Below are positions 38,145 through 48,790 of a stretch of DNA of 64,000 bases, piece by piece. Source of the DNA: an uncultured Muribaculaceae bacterium (GTDB lineage: Bacteria; Bacteroidota; Bacteroidia; Bacteroidales; Muribaculaceae); assembly GCA_905233845.1 (NCBI GenBank), contig CAJOFH010000003.1, positions 7,693 through 71,692 on the forward strand, read 5' to 3'. Position numbers and translations under genes: made by a program. Below the pieces are notes generated by a model. It was not told the origin of the DNA. It saw nothing but the letters and a program-made list of their open reading frames with translations, and ran no database searches. The first letter of the stretch is position 1. Every line of letters begins with the position of its first letter.

Positions 38145-38789
38145 TTAAGCTTTCTCTAATCCCTCATCTTTTATTGGGAAAAGTCCGTAGAGTAGAGTGT
38201 CGATGCGATTGGTGATGCCTATGAAGTCCTCGCGTCGGTTCTCGAAGTCGAGATTGTCTTTATCCACAATCATCACACGGCCCTTATAGTGGTTGGTGAT
38301 AAAGTCTTCGTAGCGGCGGTTCAGGTTGTCGAGATACTCAATCTGCATCGTTTGCTCATAGTCTCGTCCTCGCTTCTGGATATTGGCCACCAGATGCTCT
38401 ACCGATGAGCGCAGATAAATCATTAGATCGGGCAGCTTCACTATCGAGAGCATGTGCTCAAAGAGTTCCATATAGGTCTCAAAGTCGCGTTCCGAGATGT
38501 TGCCCATAGCGCGGTTATTGGCGACAAAGACATACACGCCCTCAAAAATCGAGCGGTCTTGAAGAACTACGTCCTGAGTTTGAGAGATGGCAAGTAGGTC
38601 ACGGAATCGTTCCTTGAGGAAATACACCTCGAGGTTGAACGACCACCGTTGAATGTCGCGATAATAATCTTCGAGATAGGGATTGTGGGCCACCGACTCA
38701 TAGCGTGGCGTCCACCCATAGTGCTGCGCCAGCAGTCTTGTGAGTGTGGATTTTCCTGAACCAATATTTCCTGCTACGACGATGTGCAT
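38145..38789 (-). CDS. Deoxynucleoside kinase (tandem paralogue)
   Basis: GNIGSGKST P-loop, QDRSIFE and RGRDYE. Confidence 0.9.
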   Translation of the reverse strand: MHIVVAGNIGSGKSTLTRLLAQHYGWTPRYESVAHNPYLEDYYRDIQRWSFNLEVYFLKERFRDLLAISQTQDVVLQDRSIFEGVYVFVANNRAMGNISERDFETYMELFEHMLSIVKLPDLMIYLRSSVEHLVANIQKRGRDYEQTMQIEYLDNLNRRYEDFITNHYKGRVMIVDKDNLDFENRREDFIGITNRIDTLLYGLFPIKDEGLEKA

Positions 38790-38856
38790 CGGGATTGAAA
38801 TTTCTAGACGGCAAAGTTAATAAAAACTTGCTTAATTTCCTAAAGAAAAATCATTT

Positions 38857-39663
38857 TTATTCTTCTCTATGAATTCGTGTGGGTTTGTATCCGTGTTTGA
38901 GGCGGTATTTGCGCACGTCGGCAAAGAGGTCGGTAGCATAGACAAAGTTGTTAAGGTTTTCGTTGTCAACGTTGTAAATCTCATCTTTGTTGCCTACCCA
39001 TCCCACATGGCCCTTGTAGATAAACACGATGTTCTCGCCAATCCCCATTACCGAGTTCATGTCGTGAGTGTTGATGATAGTGGTGATACCAAACTCATGA
39101 GTGATGTCATAAAGTAGCTCATCAATTACAATCGATGTCTTGGGGTCAAGACCCGAGTTGGGCTCGTCGCAGAACAAGTATCTGGGATTCAGAGATATGG
39201 CACGGGCAATGGCACATCGCTTCTGCATACCGCCACTCAACTCGCTAGGATATTTGTTCTCGCTGCCAGTGAGGTTCACACGGTCGATGCAGAATTGTGC
39301 TCGCTCGCGCTGCTCGGCTGGGCTCATCTTGGAGAACATCTTCAACGGGAAGATGACGTTGCCCATCACTGTCTCACTGTCAAATAGGGCCGAGCCCTGG
39401 AAAAGCATGCCTATCTCTTTGCGCAGTTCCTTCATCGCTTTGTCGTCGAGCTTGGTAATGTCTCGCCCGTCATAAAGTATCTCGCCACTGTCAGGCTTGA
39501 ACAGTCCCACAAGGTTCTTCACCAGCACGGTTTTACCTGAACCACTCTGGCCAATAATCAGGTTTACCTTGCCATCATAGAACTTGGCGTTGATGCCAAA
39601 GAGCACTTGTCTCTTGCCACCATCCTCGTCAAACGACTTCTGAACGTTCTTAACCTCTATCAT
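38857..39663 (-). CDS. mlaF: ABC transporter ATP-binding protein (MlaF-like)
   Basis: GQSGSGKT, LSGGMQKR and DEPNSGLDP; adjacent to MlaE. Confidence 0.8.
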   Translation of the reverse strand: MIEVKNVQKSFDEDGGKRQVLFGINAKFYDGKVNLIIGQSGSGKTVLVKNLVGLFKPDSGEILYDGRDITKLDDKAMKELRKEIGMLFQGSALFDSETVMGNVIFPLKMFSKMSPAEQRERAQFCIDRVNLTGSENKYPSELSGGMQKRCAIARAISLNPRYLFCDEPNSGLDPKTSIVIDELLYDITHEFGITTIINTHDMNSVMGIGENIVFIYKGHVGWVGNKDEIYNVDNENLNNFVYATDLFADVRKYRLKHGYKPTRIHREE

Positions 39664-39695
39664 AGTGCAACTTAAATCAACTTAAATAATCGGTT

Positions 39696-40445
39696 TTACA
39701 TCATCATCAACTTGGTCAGGAGCACGTCGGTGAGCAGAATCATGAGGTTGCTCATCACTACGGCATCGGTGCTGGCTTTACCCACCTCGATGGAGCCGCC
39801 CTTCACGGTATAGCCGTAGTAAGATGAGATGCTTGAGATAATGAAGGCAAAGAACAACGATTTAATGAGCGCAAACCATACGTACCATTCTATGAACAAG
39901 GTCTGGATACCATACACATAGGTGTCGACATCGATAATGCCTGTTATCACACAAATCAAGTATCCTCCAAATAGACTCGTGGCCATACAAATAATCACCA
40001 AGAACGGCATGATGGTTATCAAGCCTGTTATCTTGGGCATTATCAAGTAGTTGGCACTATTGATTCCCATGATGTCGAGAGCATCGATTTGCTCGGTCAC
40101 ACGCATGGTTCCTATCTCACTGGCGATGTTGCTACCTATCTTTCCTGAGAGGATTAAGCACAAGATTGATGATGAGAACTCGAGCAAGATAATCTCACGG
40201 GTGGTGAGACCCACGGTGTAGCGAGGCAGCAAGGGGTTGCTGATGTTGAGCTTGATGAGAAGCGTACACAGCGCACCAATAAAGAGTGACACGATGAGAA
40301 TCAGCGGGATGGAATCGATGCCAAGCTTATATATTTCTGCAACGTAGCGCTTGAAGAACTCCCGCCACTTGTCGGGAATTCCTATACTTCGCCACATCAG
40401 CATGCAGTAAGAGCCTAATTTTTCTAACGACTTCGTAAATGCCAT
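39696..40445 (-). CDS. mlaE: ABC permease MlaE family
   Basis: ASEIGTMRVTEQIDAL..MGIN and GGSIEVGKAST. Confidence 0.85.
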   Translation of the reverse strand: MAFTKSLEKLGSYCMLMWRSIGIPDKWREFFKRYVAEIYKLGIDSIPLILIVSLFIGALCTLLIKLNISNPLLPRYTVGLTTREIILLEFSSSILCLILSGKIGSNIASEIGTMRVTEQIDALDIMGINSANYLIMPKITGLITIMPFLVIICMATSLFGGYLICVITGIIDVDTYVYGIQTLFIEWYVWFALIKSLFFAFIISSISSYYGYTVKGGSIEVGKASTDAVVMSNLMILLTDVLLTKLMMM

Positions 40446-40598
40446 ATCATTGTCGTTTTATTTCTTTTTTGAAACAACTTGCAAATATAATAATTACTTT
40501 CCATTAAAGCATTATCTTCTTGTGTTTTCTGTGTTTGTTGGAACTAGGTATTTTCAGCCTGTAGGTATATCTCGACGAAGTTAAGCCTTCATTATGCA

Positions 40599-41711
40599 TT
40601 ATTTTATTGGAGGATGAGGGGTGTGGTCGCCATAGGGACCAGTGGAGCGCACGCGGTTGGGGACTGACGTCTTGTTAAGTCCAGGCTTTGGCCTGTAAAT
40701 AGTGTCACCATTCCTTAAGACGACAGGCCCGCGCACACTGTCGAGTGACGGTCTGCTGGGGCGCGCATTGTTGAGTGACGGTCTGCCGGGGAATGAAGGT
40801 CTTGGAGAAGCTATGTCGGATGGATTATTTTCTTCGCTGGACTGCAGTTCATTGCTCTTGCCAAGCATGGCTTTTGGTCCTGCTATGCGCTGAATGGAGA
40901 TTCTGTGGTAGTTGGTGGGGTCAAAGTGTGTACGCAACAAGTAAATGCTGTCGATGAAAGTTACTCGCTGTGGCTTGATACTATATTGAATGTATCCGTA
41001 GATGCGTTTTACGGTGCGAGCGGTGTCACTTTGGATGTCATAGTTTGACCAACCATTTATATTGAGTGTTCTGTTCGTGTAGCTTGTAGTACCATCGTTG
41101 TAGTCGATGGCGAGGAGAATGTTGATATTATTGCCGCTGGCGTTAATCGCTTTGAGGTTCAGTGAGTAAGAGTCGCCTTGACGGTGTTGTTGGTCAGGTT
41201 TGTAGTCGTAGGTTATGTATCCACGACGCAAGGCACTGGTGAGAATCCACTGTTGCGGCTCAGTCCAAATATTGGCACTATCACCAGTGTTGGGGAACAC
41301 TCTTCGGATTGCGCTGGCATGTGAGCCGTTAAGAGGAGTGTTGTTGACCCACATGTTCCCAGGTTTATTGTCGTCGTGCTTGATGTTGCCTTCTTTTTCA
41401 AGGATTAGCACGGCCTTGTCGTGCAGTTCAGAGTAGAGCTTTAGATTATGGGCATACCACACGAGCGATGAGTCATACATCGCTAAGTCGGCATCATATC
41501 TCTCGAGGATTGATTGCTTGAGGGCGAGCTTAGACGAGTCGTCAGGGAATTTTCCTGGAAATTGCTCAATCAGCGCGTCGGCCTTGGCAAAGTCGGCGAG
41601 CACATGCACCATGTCGCTCTCAGGGATTACTCCACTGGGTGCCTTGTCGCATCCGATAAAGAGCGATGCAACAAGCGCTATGATGGTTAGTACTATAGCC
41701 TTTTTTGCCAT
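40599..41711 (-). CDS. DUF4296-like lipoprotein
   Basis: Lipobox IGC; PSGVIPESDMVHVLAD and DSSLVWYAHN; Pro/Arg-rich tail. Confidence 0.7.
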   Translation of the reverse strand: MAKKAIVLTIIALVASLFIGCDKAPSGVIPESDMVHVLADFAKADALIEQFPGKFPDDSSKLALKQSILERYDADLAMYDSSLVWYAHNLKLYSELHDKAVLILEKEGNIKHDDNKPGNMWVNNTPLNGSHASAIRRVFPNTGDSANIWTEPQQWILTSALRRGYITYDYKPDQQHRQGDSYSLNLKAINASGNNINILLAIDYNDGTTSYTNRTLNINGWSNYDIQSDTARTVKRIYGYIQYSIKPQRVTFIDSIYLLRTHFDPTNYHRISIQRIAGPKAMLGKSNELQSSEENNPSDIASPRPSFPGRPSLNNARPSRPSLDSVRGPVVLRNGDTIYRPKPGLNKTSVPNRVRSTGPYGDHTPHPPIK

Positions 41712-41724
41712 TATAGGTTGAAAA

Positions 41725-42402
41725 TTATTGTTCAGAAGTCTCGTTTTGAGCTTCGTTGGCATCTGTCACTTCTTCTACAGCTTTGTTTTCCTTCTTGTCG
41801 CTTGCAATATACTTGTTGTAGAAGATGATGAGGACAAAGATGCTAGTGGTTAAGCATGCATCAGCAACGTTGAAAATGGGCTCAAAGAAGAGGAAGTGCT
41901 TACCGCCCACTCCTGGCATCCACTGTGGCCAGTCCCACTCGGCGAGCGGGAAATAAAGCATATCGACTACCTTGCCGTTGAAAAGCGAAGCATAGCCTCC
42001 CTCGTTAGGCAGGAACTGGGCCACCTCGGGGGGCATAGGATCATTAAAAATTTGGCCGTAGGCAATGCAGTCGATGACGTTGCCAATGGCTCCTGCTGTG
42101 ATAAGCGCCACACAAGTCACAAAGCCACGTGGCAAGTCGGTGCGATTTCTTATCTTTACAAGATAGTAGATGAACAGCACTGAGAAGATGATGCGAAGCC
42201 ATGTGAGAATGGCTTTGCTCCCCAGTTCCATACCGAACGCCATTCCGTTGTTCTCGATAAAGGCGATTTTGAACCATGAAGCAACCTCGACCTGTTCACC
42301 ATAGTAGAAATGAGTCTTGACCCAGATTTTAGTGACTTGGTCAATGATGATGGCTGCGGCAATTATAATGGTTGCCAGCCAGCCGTTTGATATTTTCTTC
42401 AT
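41725..42402 (-). CDS. lspA: Lipoprotein signal peptidase
   Basis: IIDQVTK, ENNGMAFG, GAIGNVID, VVDML and FNVAD. Confidence 0.92.
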   Translation of the reverse strand: MKKISNGWLATIIIAAAIIIDQVTKIWVKTHFYYGEQVEVASWFKIAFIENNGMAFGMELGSKAILTWLRIIFSVLFIYYLVKIRNRTDLPRGFVTCVALITAGAIGNVIDCIAYGQIFNDPMPPEVAQFLPNEGGYASLFNGKVVDMLYFPLAEWDWPQWMPGVGGKHFLFFEPIFNVADACLTTSIFVLIIFYNKYIASDKKENKAVEEVTDANEAQNETSEQ

Positions 42403-42417
42403 CGTGAAGCGTGAGCC

Positions 42418-42804
42418 TTAGCGATTTTTCTTGCGTTCTTGCTCAATTTCCTTGCCCTCAACCGAGAGAGTGGCATGGGGGACAGCCAGCAAGCGTCCCT
42501 TAGGGATGAGTTTGCCGGTAACACGGCACACACCGTAGGTCTTGTTTTCGATGCGCACAAGAGCAGCTTGTAACTTCTTGATAAAGTCCTGTTGACGAGC
42601 TGCGCGCTGGCTTGCCTCTTCCTGCTCTAGAGTAGCAGCGCCTTCTTCCAGCATATTGAAGCTGTTTTTAGACTCGTCGGTCTGAATCCTTGACATCAAC
42701 TGGTCATAGTTGGATTTAGCGACCTCGATTTTCTCAAGAATCAACTTTTTGAACTCTTGTAGTTCCTCATCGCTGTAGCGAGTTTTTTCTTGTTCTTTAG
42801 CCAT
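42418..42804 (-). CDS. TraR/DksA family regulator
   Basis: ALVRIENKTYGVCRVTGKLIPKGRL.AVPHATLS. Confidence 0.85.
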   Translation of the reverse strand: MAKEQEKTRYSDEELQEFKKLILEKIEVAKSNYDQLMSRIQTDESKNSFNMLEEGAATLEQEEASQRAARQQDFIKKLQAALVRIENKTYGVCRVTGKLIPKGRLLAVPHATLSVEGKEIEQERKKNR

Positions 42805-42882
42805 AATATTGGAGTTTTATGATGTTCTGTAATTATTCAAGGTTGGCTAAGGAACGAGCCAAGCCAACCTTGCTATTGTGTT

Positions 42883-45800
42883 TTATGCTTTTTCAACTTT
42901 TATGTTGAGGTTCCATCCGTCCATATCGAGAGTGATGGCGTCGTTGCCTTCCACTTTCTCAACATTGATTGCTGTGGCGAGCACTTGACGAGCAATGTAG
43001 TCACCGTAGGTTTCTATCACGTCGTTGATGCGCTCATCGGGGCTGATGGTAACGACAACCTTGTCGGTAATGTCGAAGTTCTTGCTTTTGCGCACGTTCT
43101 GGATGCGGTTCACAAGCTCACGTGCCATACCCTCACGACGCAGCTCATCGGTGACGGTGATGTCGAGTGCCACGGTGAGGTTACCTTCGTTCGAGACAAG
43201 CCATCCAGGGATATCCTCGCTGATGATTTCCACATCCGAGGTATCAACGATTGCCTCCTGATCGCCAACCATGAGCTTGAGGCTGCCTTCCTGCTCAAGT
43301 TTGAGGATGTCGGCTTGCGACATGGTGGTAAGCTGGGCGGCAAGGGCCTTCATGATCTTGCCATATTTCGGGCCGAGCTTCTTGAAGTCGGGTTTCACCT
43401 TCTTGACAAGGATTCCTTCGTCGTTGCCCACAAACTTGATTTCTTTAACGTTCACCTCGCTCATAATAAGGTCGCTGACCGCTTCGATGGCAGCACGTTG
43501 TTTCTCGTCGGTGACAGGAATCATGATTGCGGTGAGCGGTTGACGCACCTTCAGGTTCTTCTTGCGGCGCAGGGCGAGTACCATTGAAGTCACTTTCTGT
43601 GACATCTCCATGCGAAGCTCGAGTCCTCCATTGATTACTGTTTCATCGGCAATGGGGTAGGGCATTAGGTGTACCGACTTAGTGCTGCCTGTGAGGTCGC
43701 GGTAGAGCATGTCGCTATAGAAAGGTGCCACTGGAGCCATGAGGCGAGCTACTGTCTCAAGGCATTGATAGAGCGTTTGATAAGCGGCGAGCTTGTCTTC
43801 GTTCATCTCACCACCCCAGAAGCGTTTGCGGTTCAGACGCACATACCAGTTACTCAAGTTCTCGCCCACAAACTCGCTGATTGCACGTGCTGCGCGAGTA
43901 GGCTCGTAGTCATCGAACTGCTCGGTAACCTCTTTGATGAGGGTATTGAGCAACGAGATTATCCAGCGGTCAATCTCAGGACGTTTCTCGATGGGTACTT
44001 GTGGCGCAGCTGGGTCGAAACCGTCTACATTGGCATAGAGGGCGAAGAACGAGTAGGTGTTGTAGAGTGTACCAAAGAACTTGCGGCTAACCTCCTCAAC
44101 GCCTGCTTTGTCAAACTTCAGGTTCTCCCAGGGCGACGAGTTGCTGATCATGTACCAGCGCAATGGGTCGGAGCCATATTTCTCGATAGTGTCGAATGGA
44201 TCGACAGCATTGCCCATGCGCTTACTCATTTTGTTGCCGTTCTTGTCAAGCACAAGGCCGTTGGAGATAAGTCCCTTGTAGGCCACGCTGTCAAAGACCA
44301 TTGTAGCGATGGCGTGCAATGTGAAGAACCATCCGCGAGTTTGATCCACACCTTCGGCAATAAAGTCGGCGGGGTAGAATTTGCGCTCGTCAACGAGTTC
44401 CTTGTTCTCGAAAGGATAGTGCAACTGGGCATAGGGCATGGCACCGCTGTCGAACCACACATCGATGAGGTCGAGCTCGCGCTTCATAGGCTTGCCACTG
44501 TCGCTCACGAGGGTGATGTAGTCAACGTAGGGGCGATGGATGTCTATCTTGTTGTAGTTCTCCTCGCTGTAGTCGCCAGGAACGAAACCTTTGTCCTTGA
44601 ATGGGTTGCCACCCATGATGCCAGCGGCTACCGACTTCTCAATCTCGTTGTAAAGCTCCTCGATGCTGCCAATGCACTTCTCCTCTCCGTCCTCGCTGCG
44701 CCAGATGGGGAGTGGAGTTCCCCAATAACGGCTGCGGCTTAGGTTCCAGTCATTAAGGTTCTCGAGCCACTTGCCAAAACGACCGGTTCCAGTGTGCTCG
44801 GGCTTCCACTTGATGGTTTTGTTAAGTTCCACCATGCGGTCTTTGCAAGCGGTGGAACGAATGAACCAGCTGTCGAGAGGGTAGTAGAGCACGGGTTTGT
44901 CGGTACGCCAGCAGTGAGGATAATTGTGCACATGCTTCTCAATCTTGAAGGCTGTGCCTTCCTGCTTCATGCGGATGCACATGTAGATGTTGAGATCCTC
45001 TGCTCTGTTTGCCGACAACTCGTCATATTTTCCGTCAACGGTGAATTTGGGGTTGTAGGCATTCTTGACCCAAGCACCAGCATACTCCTTGTAAAGCTCA
45101 ACGTTAACGAAGTTCTTTACAAAGTCCTCGTCGAGGTCTTCGATGTTGTAGTACTTGCCAGTGAGGTCGACCATTGGGCGAGTCTCAAGCTTCTTGTTTA
45201 TCATGTAGAGGGCTGGTACACCAGCAGCGTGAGCCACATGGGCATCATCGGCACCAAAGGTTGGTGCGATGTGCACGATACCGGTACCGTCCTCGGTAGT
45301 TACGTAGTCACCAGGGATTACACGGAAGCCGTTGTCGTTGCCAACAATCTTGTCACCAATCTTATCCACGGGTTTAACCCATGGGAAGAGTTGCATGTAC
45401 TTGATGTCTAGCAAATCGGTGCCCTTGAACTCAGCAATCACCTTGTAGGGAATCACCTTGTCGCCTTCGTTGTACTCTTCAAGTAGCTTCTCAGCACCTT
45501 CGGGCTTGAAGTATGCATTTACACGAGCTTTTGCCATTATGTAAATGGTCGGGGTGCCGTTGTAGGGGTTGTAGCTCTCAATTGCCACATAGTCAATCTT
45601 GGGCCCGATACACAATGCGGTGTTGCTGGGCAGTGTCCAAGGGGTGGTGGTCCAAGCGAGGATGCGCAGGCGGTCGCGGAATTTTTCGTCGGCGGCAGCC
45701 TTGATTGCCTCAACCACTTTGTGACCATTGTCAACTACAGTGAACTCGGCGGTCACGGTCTGGTCTTTCACGTCGCGGTAGCAACCAGGCTGGTTGAGCT

Positions 45801-46380
45801 CGTGGGAGCTAAGACCTGTTCCTGCTGCTGGCGAGTAGGGCTGAATGGTGTAGCCCTTGTATAGCAACCCCTTGTTGTAGAGTTGCTTCAACAGATACCA
45901 TAATGACTCGATGTAGCTGTTCTTGTAGGTAATATATGGGTTCTTCATGTCAACCCAATAGCCCATCTTGTGAGTGAGGTCTTCCCACTCGCGGGTATAT
46001 TTCATCACCTCCTTGCGGCAGGTGGCATTGTATTCGTCTACGCTAACTTTCTTGCCAATGTCTTCCTTAGTGATGCCTAGAGCTTTCTCCACGGCAAGCT
46101 CCACAGGCAGTCCGTGGGTGTCCCATCCTGCCTTGCGAAGCACCTGATGGCCTTGCATGGTCTTGAAACGGCACACGATATCCTTGATGGTACGTGCCAT
46201 CACGTGGTGGATGCCTGGCATGCCATTGGCACTGGGAGGTCCTTCATAAAACACAAAAGCTGGAGCGCCCTCGCGTTCCTCGATGCTCTTGGCGAACACG
46301 TTCTCTTCGTCCCATTTCTTCAGGACTTCCTTGTTGATGTCCGAAAGATTGAACTTGTTGTATTCGTTAAATTTCTTCAT
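42883..46380 (-). CDS. ileS: Isoleucine--tRNA ligase
   Basis: YEGPPSANGMPGIHH, GWDTHGLP, WTTTPWT, GTGIVH, DQTRGWF and KMSKR. Confidence 0.97.
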   Translation of the reverse strand: MKKFNEYNKFNLSDINKEVLKKWDEENVFAKSIEEREGAPAFVFYEGPPSANGMPGIHHVMARTIKDIVCRFKTMQGHQVLRKAGWDTHGLPVELAVEKALGITKEDIGKKVSVDEYNATCRKEVMKYTREWEDLTHKMGYWVDMKNPYITYKNSYIESLWYLLKQLYNKGLLYKGYTIQPYSPAAGTGLSSHELNQPGCYRDVKDQTVTAEFTVVDNGHKVVEAIKAAADEKFRDRLRILAWTTTPWTLPSNTALCIGPKIDYVAIESYNPYNGTPTIYIMAKARVNAYFKPEGAEKLLEEYNEGDKVIPYKVIAEFKGTDLLDIKYMQLFPWVKPVDKIGDKIVGNDNGFRVIPGDYVTTEDGTGIVHIAPTFGADDAHVAHAAGVPALYMINKKLETRPMVDLTGKYYNIEDLDEDFVKNFVNVELYKEYAGAWVKNAYNPKFTVDGKYDELSANRAEDLNIYMCIRMKQEGTAFKIEKHVHNYPHCWRTDKPVLYYPLDSWFIRSTACKDRMVELNKTIKWKPEHTGTGRFGKWLENLNDWNLSRSRYWGTPLPIWRSEDGEEKCIGSIEELYNEIEKSVAAGIMGGNPFKDKGFVPGDYSEENYNKIDIHRPYVDYITLVSDSGKPMKRELDLIDVWFDSGAMPYAQLHYPFENKELVDERKFYPADFIAEGVDQTRGWFFTLHAIATMVFDSVAYKGLISNGLVLDKNGNKMSKRMGNAVDPFDTIEKYGSDPLRWYMISNSSPWENLKFDKAGVEEVSRKFFGTLYNTYSFFALYANVDGFDPAAPQVPIEKRPEIDRWIISLLNTLIKEVTEQFDDYEPTRAARAISEFVGENLSNWYVRLNRKRFWGGEMNEDKLAAYQTLYQCLETVARLMAPVAPFYSDMLYRDLTGSTKSVHLMPYPIADETVINGGLELRMEMSQKVTSMVLALRRKKNLKVRQPLTAIMIPVTDEKQRAAIEAVSDLIMSEVNVKEIKFVGNDEGILVKKVKPDFKKLGPKYGKIMKALAAQLTTMSQADILKLEQEGSLKLMVGDQEAIVDTSDVEIISEDIPGWLVSNEGNLTVALDITVTDELRREGMARELVNRIQNVRKSKNFDITDKVVVTISPDERINDVIETYGDYIARQVLATAINVEKVEGNDAITLDMDGWNLNIKVEKA

Positions 46381-46409
46381 TGGTTTTTAGTATGTGTTGT
46401 TTTTGTTGA

Positions 46410-46898
46410 TTATTTGTTCTTGTTGAAAAGGCCGACTATCCAGTTGGCACCTAACATTAGCACATAGGAGAATGCTGTGAACAGCATCAGCAGCATCCCA
46501 GCTTCGAGTGTGAAATGTGCTGTGAAAAGCGATATTTCGCACAATGCCACAACTGCTATTACTATGGCGAGAATGATGGTGATGCGGCGTGAGTGCACGA
46601 GTGACTTCTTGTGCTTCATTCTAAGCATCACAATGCCTAATCCCAACATTGCTATTGCGAGAAGCGCAACCACAATCCAAGACTCGCGTGCCCAGGGAGT
46701 GGCACACGCAACCAGCGCAGCCATAGGGAGGATGCGCTTGGCGCTGTAGCTCTCATCGCTTTCTTGAATCCAGCCCATGAATTCCTTGCCCGAGTAATCA
46801 TGCTCTTGAAGCATAAGTGCGTCCCACATGAGCATCAGCACAAGCGAGAAATATGCCGCAATAGCAAGTAATGTGTTGGCTATCAGTGGATAATCCAT
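46410..46898 (-). CDS. Hypothetical membrane protein
   Basis: Hydrophobic ORF; probable start MDYPL. Confidence 0.55.
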   Translation of the reverse strand: MDYPLIANTLLAIAAYFSLVLMLMWDALMLQEHDYSGKEFMGWIQESDESYSAKRILPMAALVACATPWARESWIVVALLAIAMLGLGIVMLRMKHKKSLVHSRRITIILAIVIAVVALCEISLFTAHFTLEAGMLLMLFTAFSYVLMLGANWIVGLFNKNK

Positions 46899-47177
46899 GA
46901 TTATGGCGCATTGTTCCCTAAAATAATTTGCAAATATACAAATTATATTTGAATTATAGCGCACTCACACATCTATAAATAAGATAAAAGTTATTAACAA
47001 AACCTCATTTTCCATTTACTTTTCATCGAAAAATATCTCAGAAGAACCGTCTTTTTAAGACCAAATTGAAGCGGTGTATTACAAGTAAAAAGATAATACA
47101 GAGTGTCTTTCTGTCTCTGTGATTTGCATAAAAAGTGACAATAATGTATCTTTGCATGGTTAAACAAATTTGAGATT

Positions 47178-47849
47178 ATGAAGAGAAACATCAGCACTTG
47201 TCATGAGTTGATGGCGGTAATTGAGGAGCTTGGATTCTTGCCGTTGCTCGATGGCGGGGTGTCAGGATTTAGCGCCGAGGAGATGGTCGATGCCGACTGT
47301 CGCTATGTGGTGACTGCCGACGGTTGGGAATGGCCGCTGTGGAAGTGGAAAGGTCCTATCATCACCGAGGGCGACTGCGTCTATGGCAAGTTCTTTGCCG
47401 ACAAGGCTGGTTTCGTTTCTCGCAAGTGGTGGCCCGACTGGTGCAATTGGCGTCGCAGCACAAAACCTGAGCCTGCACCTGGTTCGATAGAGGAGACCAT
47501 CATGCTCACGTTGCAGATGCATGGTAGCTTGATAACACGTGAGTTGCGCGCAGTATGCGGCTTCACTGGCTCGAAGATGCGCTGCCGTTTCGATTCCTAC
47601 GTCACTCGTCTTCAGATGCAGTGTCGCATTGTTACCGAGGACTTTGTGTATCCCCGTGATCGTCATGGCCTCGAGTACGGATGGGGCTGGTCGCTATTAA
47701 CTACTCCTGAGCGTCTGTTGGGTAAGGGAGTGTGTTCCAGCGATAATTCTCCCGATCAGTCCTATGCTCTCATTGCCAATCATCTGCGTGGCATTCTTCC
47801 AACCGCCAGTGATGCCCAAATTGCTCGCCTAATTGGGAATAAAAAATGA
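47178..47849 (+). CDS. Conserved hypothetical protein, possibly AlkZ-related winged-helix
   Basis: LGFLPLL...GFS, WPLWKWKG, YGKFF..KAGFVS..WWPD and GWGWS pattern. Confidence 0.6.
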   Translation: MKRNISTCHELMAVIEELGFLPLLDGGVSGFSAEEMVDADCRYVVTADGWEWPLWKWKGPIITEGDCVYGKFFADKAGFVSRKWWPDWCNWRRSTKPEPAPGSIEETIMLTLQMHGSLITRELRAVCGFTGSKMRCRFDSYVTRLQMQCRIVTEDFVYPRDRHGLEYGWGWSLLTTPERLLGKGVCSSDNSPDQSYALIANHLRGILPTASDAQIARLIGNKK

Positions 47850-47934
47850 GTATTTGTTTTCAAAACGTTAGTTATTGCCTTTTTAGTAAGAATAAAGTTG
47901 TCTTAATAGGTTGAAGAGAATGTGATAGAGGTGA

Positions 47935-48786
47935 TTATTTATCACTTTCTTCAAATAACTTGAAGCCTCCAATTTTAAATGCTTCAAATGCACCGAGTGC
48001 GACTTTGGCGACATCACTTTCGGAAGTGGCGTTTCTTGTGAAAATTGCTATGGAGATATGTGTGCCATCAGGCATTAGTATGATACCCACGTCGTTGGCG
48101 TCGTATTGTGAGTTTTTGTTTTTTGGCCCTGTCCCTGTTTTGTGAAGAAATGACGCCTCGGGTGGTAAGGCGGCAAGTATGCGTTCTTTGCCAGTGTCGC
48201 AGTTGAGCATCAAGTCCCAGATATATTTCAGGTACTCATTGTCGTTATGGTGGTCGTAAAACCATTCTAATAGTTGTACCATGGCTGAATCATCACAGGT
48301 GTTCTTGTTCATGCATTCGGGGTTGTCATGCATTTGTTGCTCGGTCTTTTTAATGGAGATTCTTTTGATTCCTAGGCTTTTGATGTATTTTTCTACGGTT
48401 TTGGGTTTGCCGCAATGCTTGAAGAGAATATCGCAGGCATTGTTGTCACTTTGTTGCAATGAAAGTGCGAGAAGTTCGGAATATGTGAACGTGTTTTTCT
48501 CAATCTTTAGCATTGGCGACCATGTGTCGTGCATGAGTTTATCTTTTTCTACAACAACTTCTTGGCTCAACGGAATACCGTTAGTGCTCAAATAATGTGC
48601 TACATACAGTGCCTGAGGAAATTTCATCACACTGTGCATGGGAAATTCTTTGTTGGCAATAAAGGACGTGATGTCACCTTTTTTAAGACAGTACGTATAC
48701 TCAAAATCACTTTCAAAAGCCGTAGCCGTCCCTGCCACTAGCAGTAGCAGCAACAAGAGATAATATTTCAAGCTATTGTATTTCAT
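47935..48786 (-). CDS. Class A serine beta-lactamase (Bacteroidetes-type)
   Basis: SVMK (SxxK), SDN, omega-loop E in KKTEQQMH and HKTG; signal peptide; probable start MKYNS. Confidence 0.85.
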   Translation of the reverse strand: MKYNSLKYYLLLLLLLVAGTATAFESDFEYTYCLKKGDITSFIANKEFPMHSVMKFPQALYVAHYLSTNGIPLSQEVVVEKDKLMHDTWSPMLKIEKNTFTYSELLALSLQQSDNNACDILFKHCGKPKTVEKYIKSLGIKRISIKKTEQQMHDNPECMNKNTCDDSAMVQLLEWFYDHHNDNEYLKYIWDLMLNCDTGKERILAALPPEASFLHKTGTGPKNKNSQYDANDVGIILMPDGTHISIAIFTRNATSESDVAKVALGAFEAFKIGGFKLFEESDK

Positions 48787-48790
48787 ATTA

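Noticed and set aside
37486-38789. Tandem deoxynucleoside kinases as a recent duplication
   Set aside because: A diverged pair is a familiar arrangement; nothing unusual was seen.
42883-46380. IleRS as an acquired mupirocin-resistance gene
   Set aside because: It sits in the ordinary ileS-dksA-lspA context, so it is the housekeeping copy.
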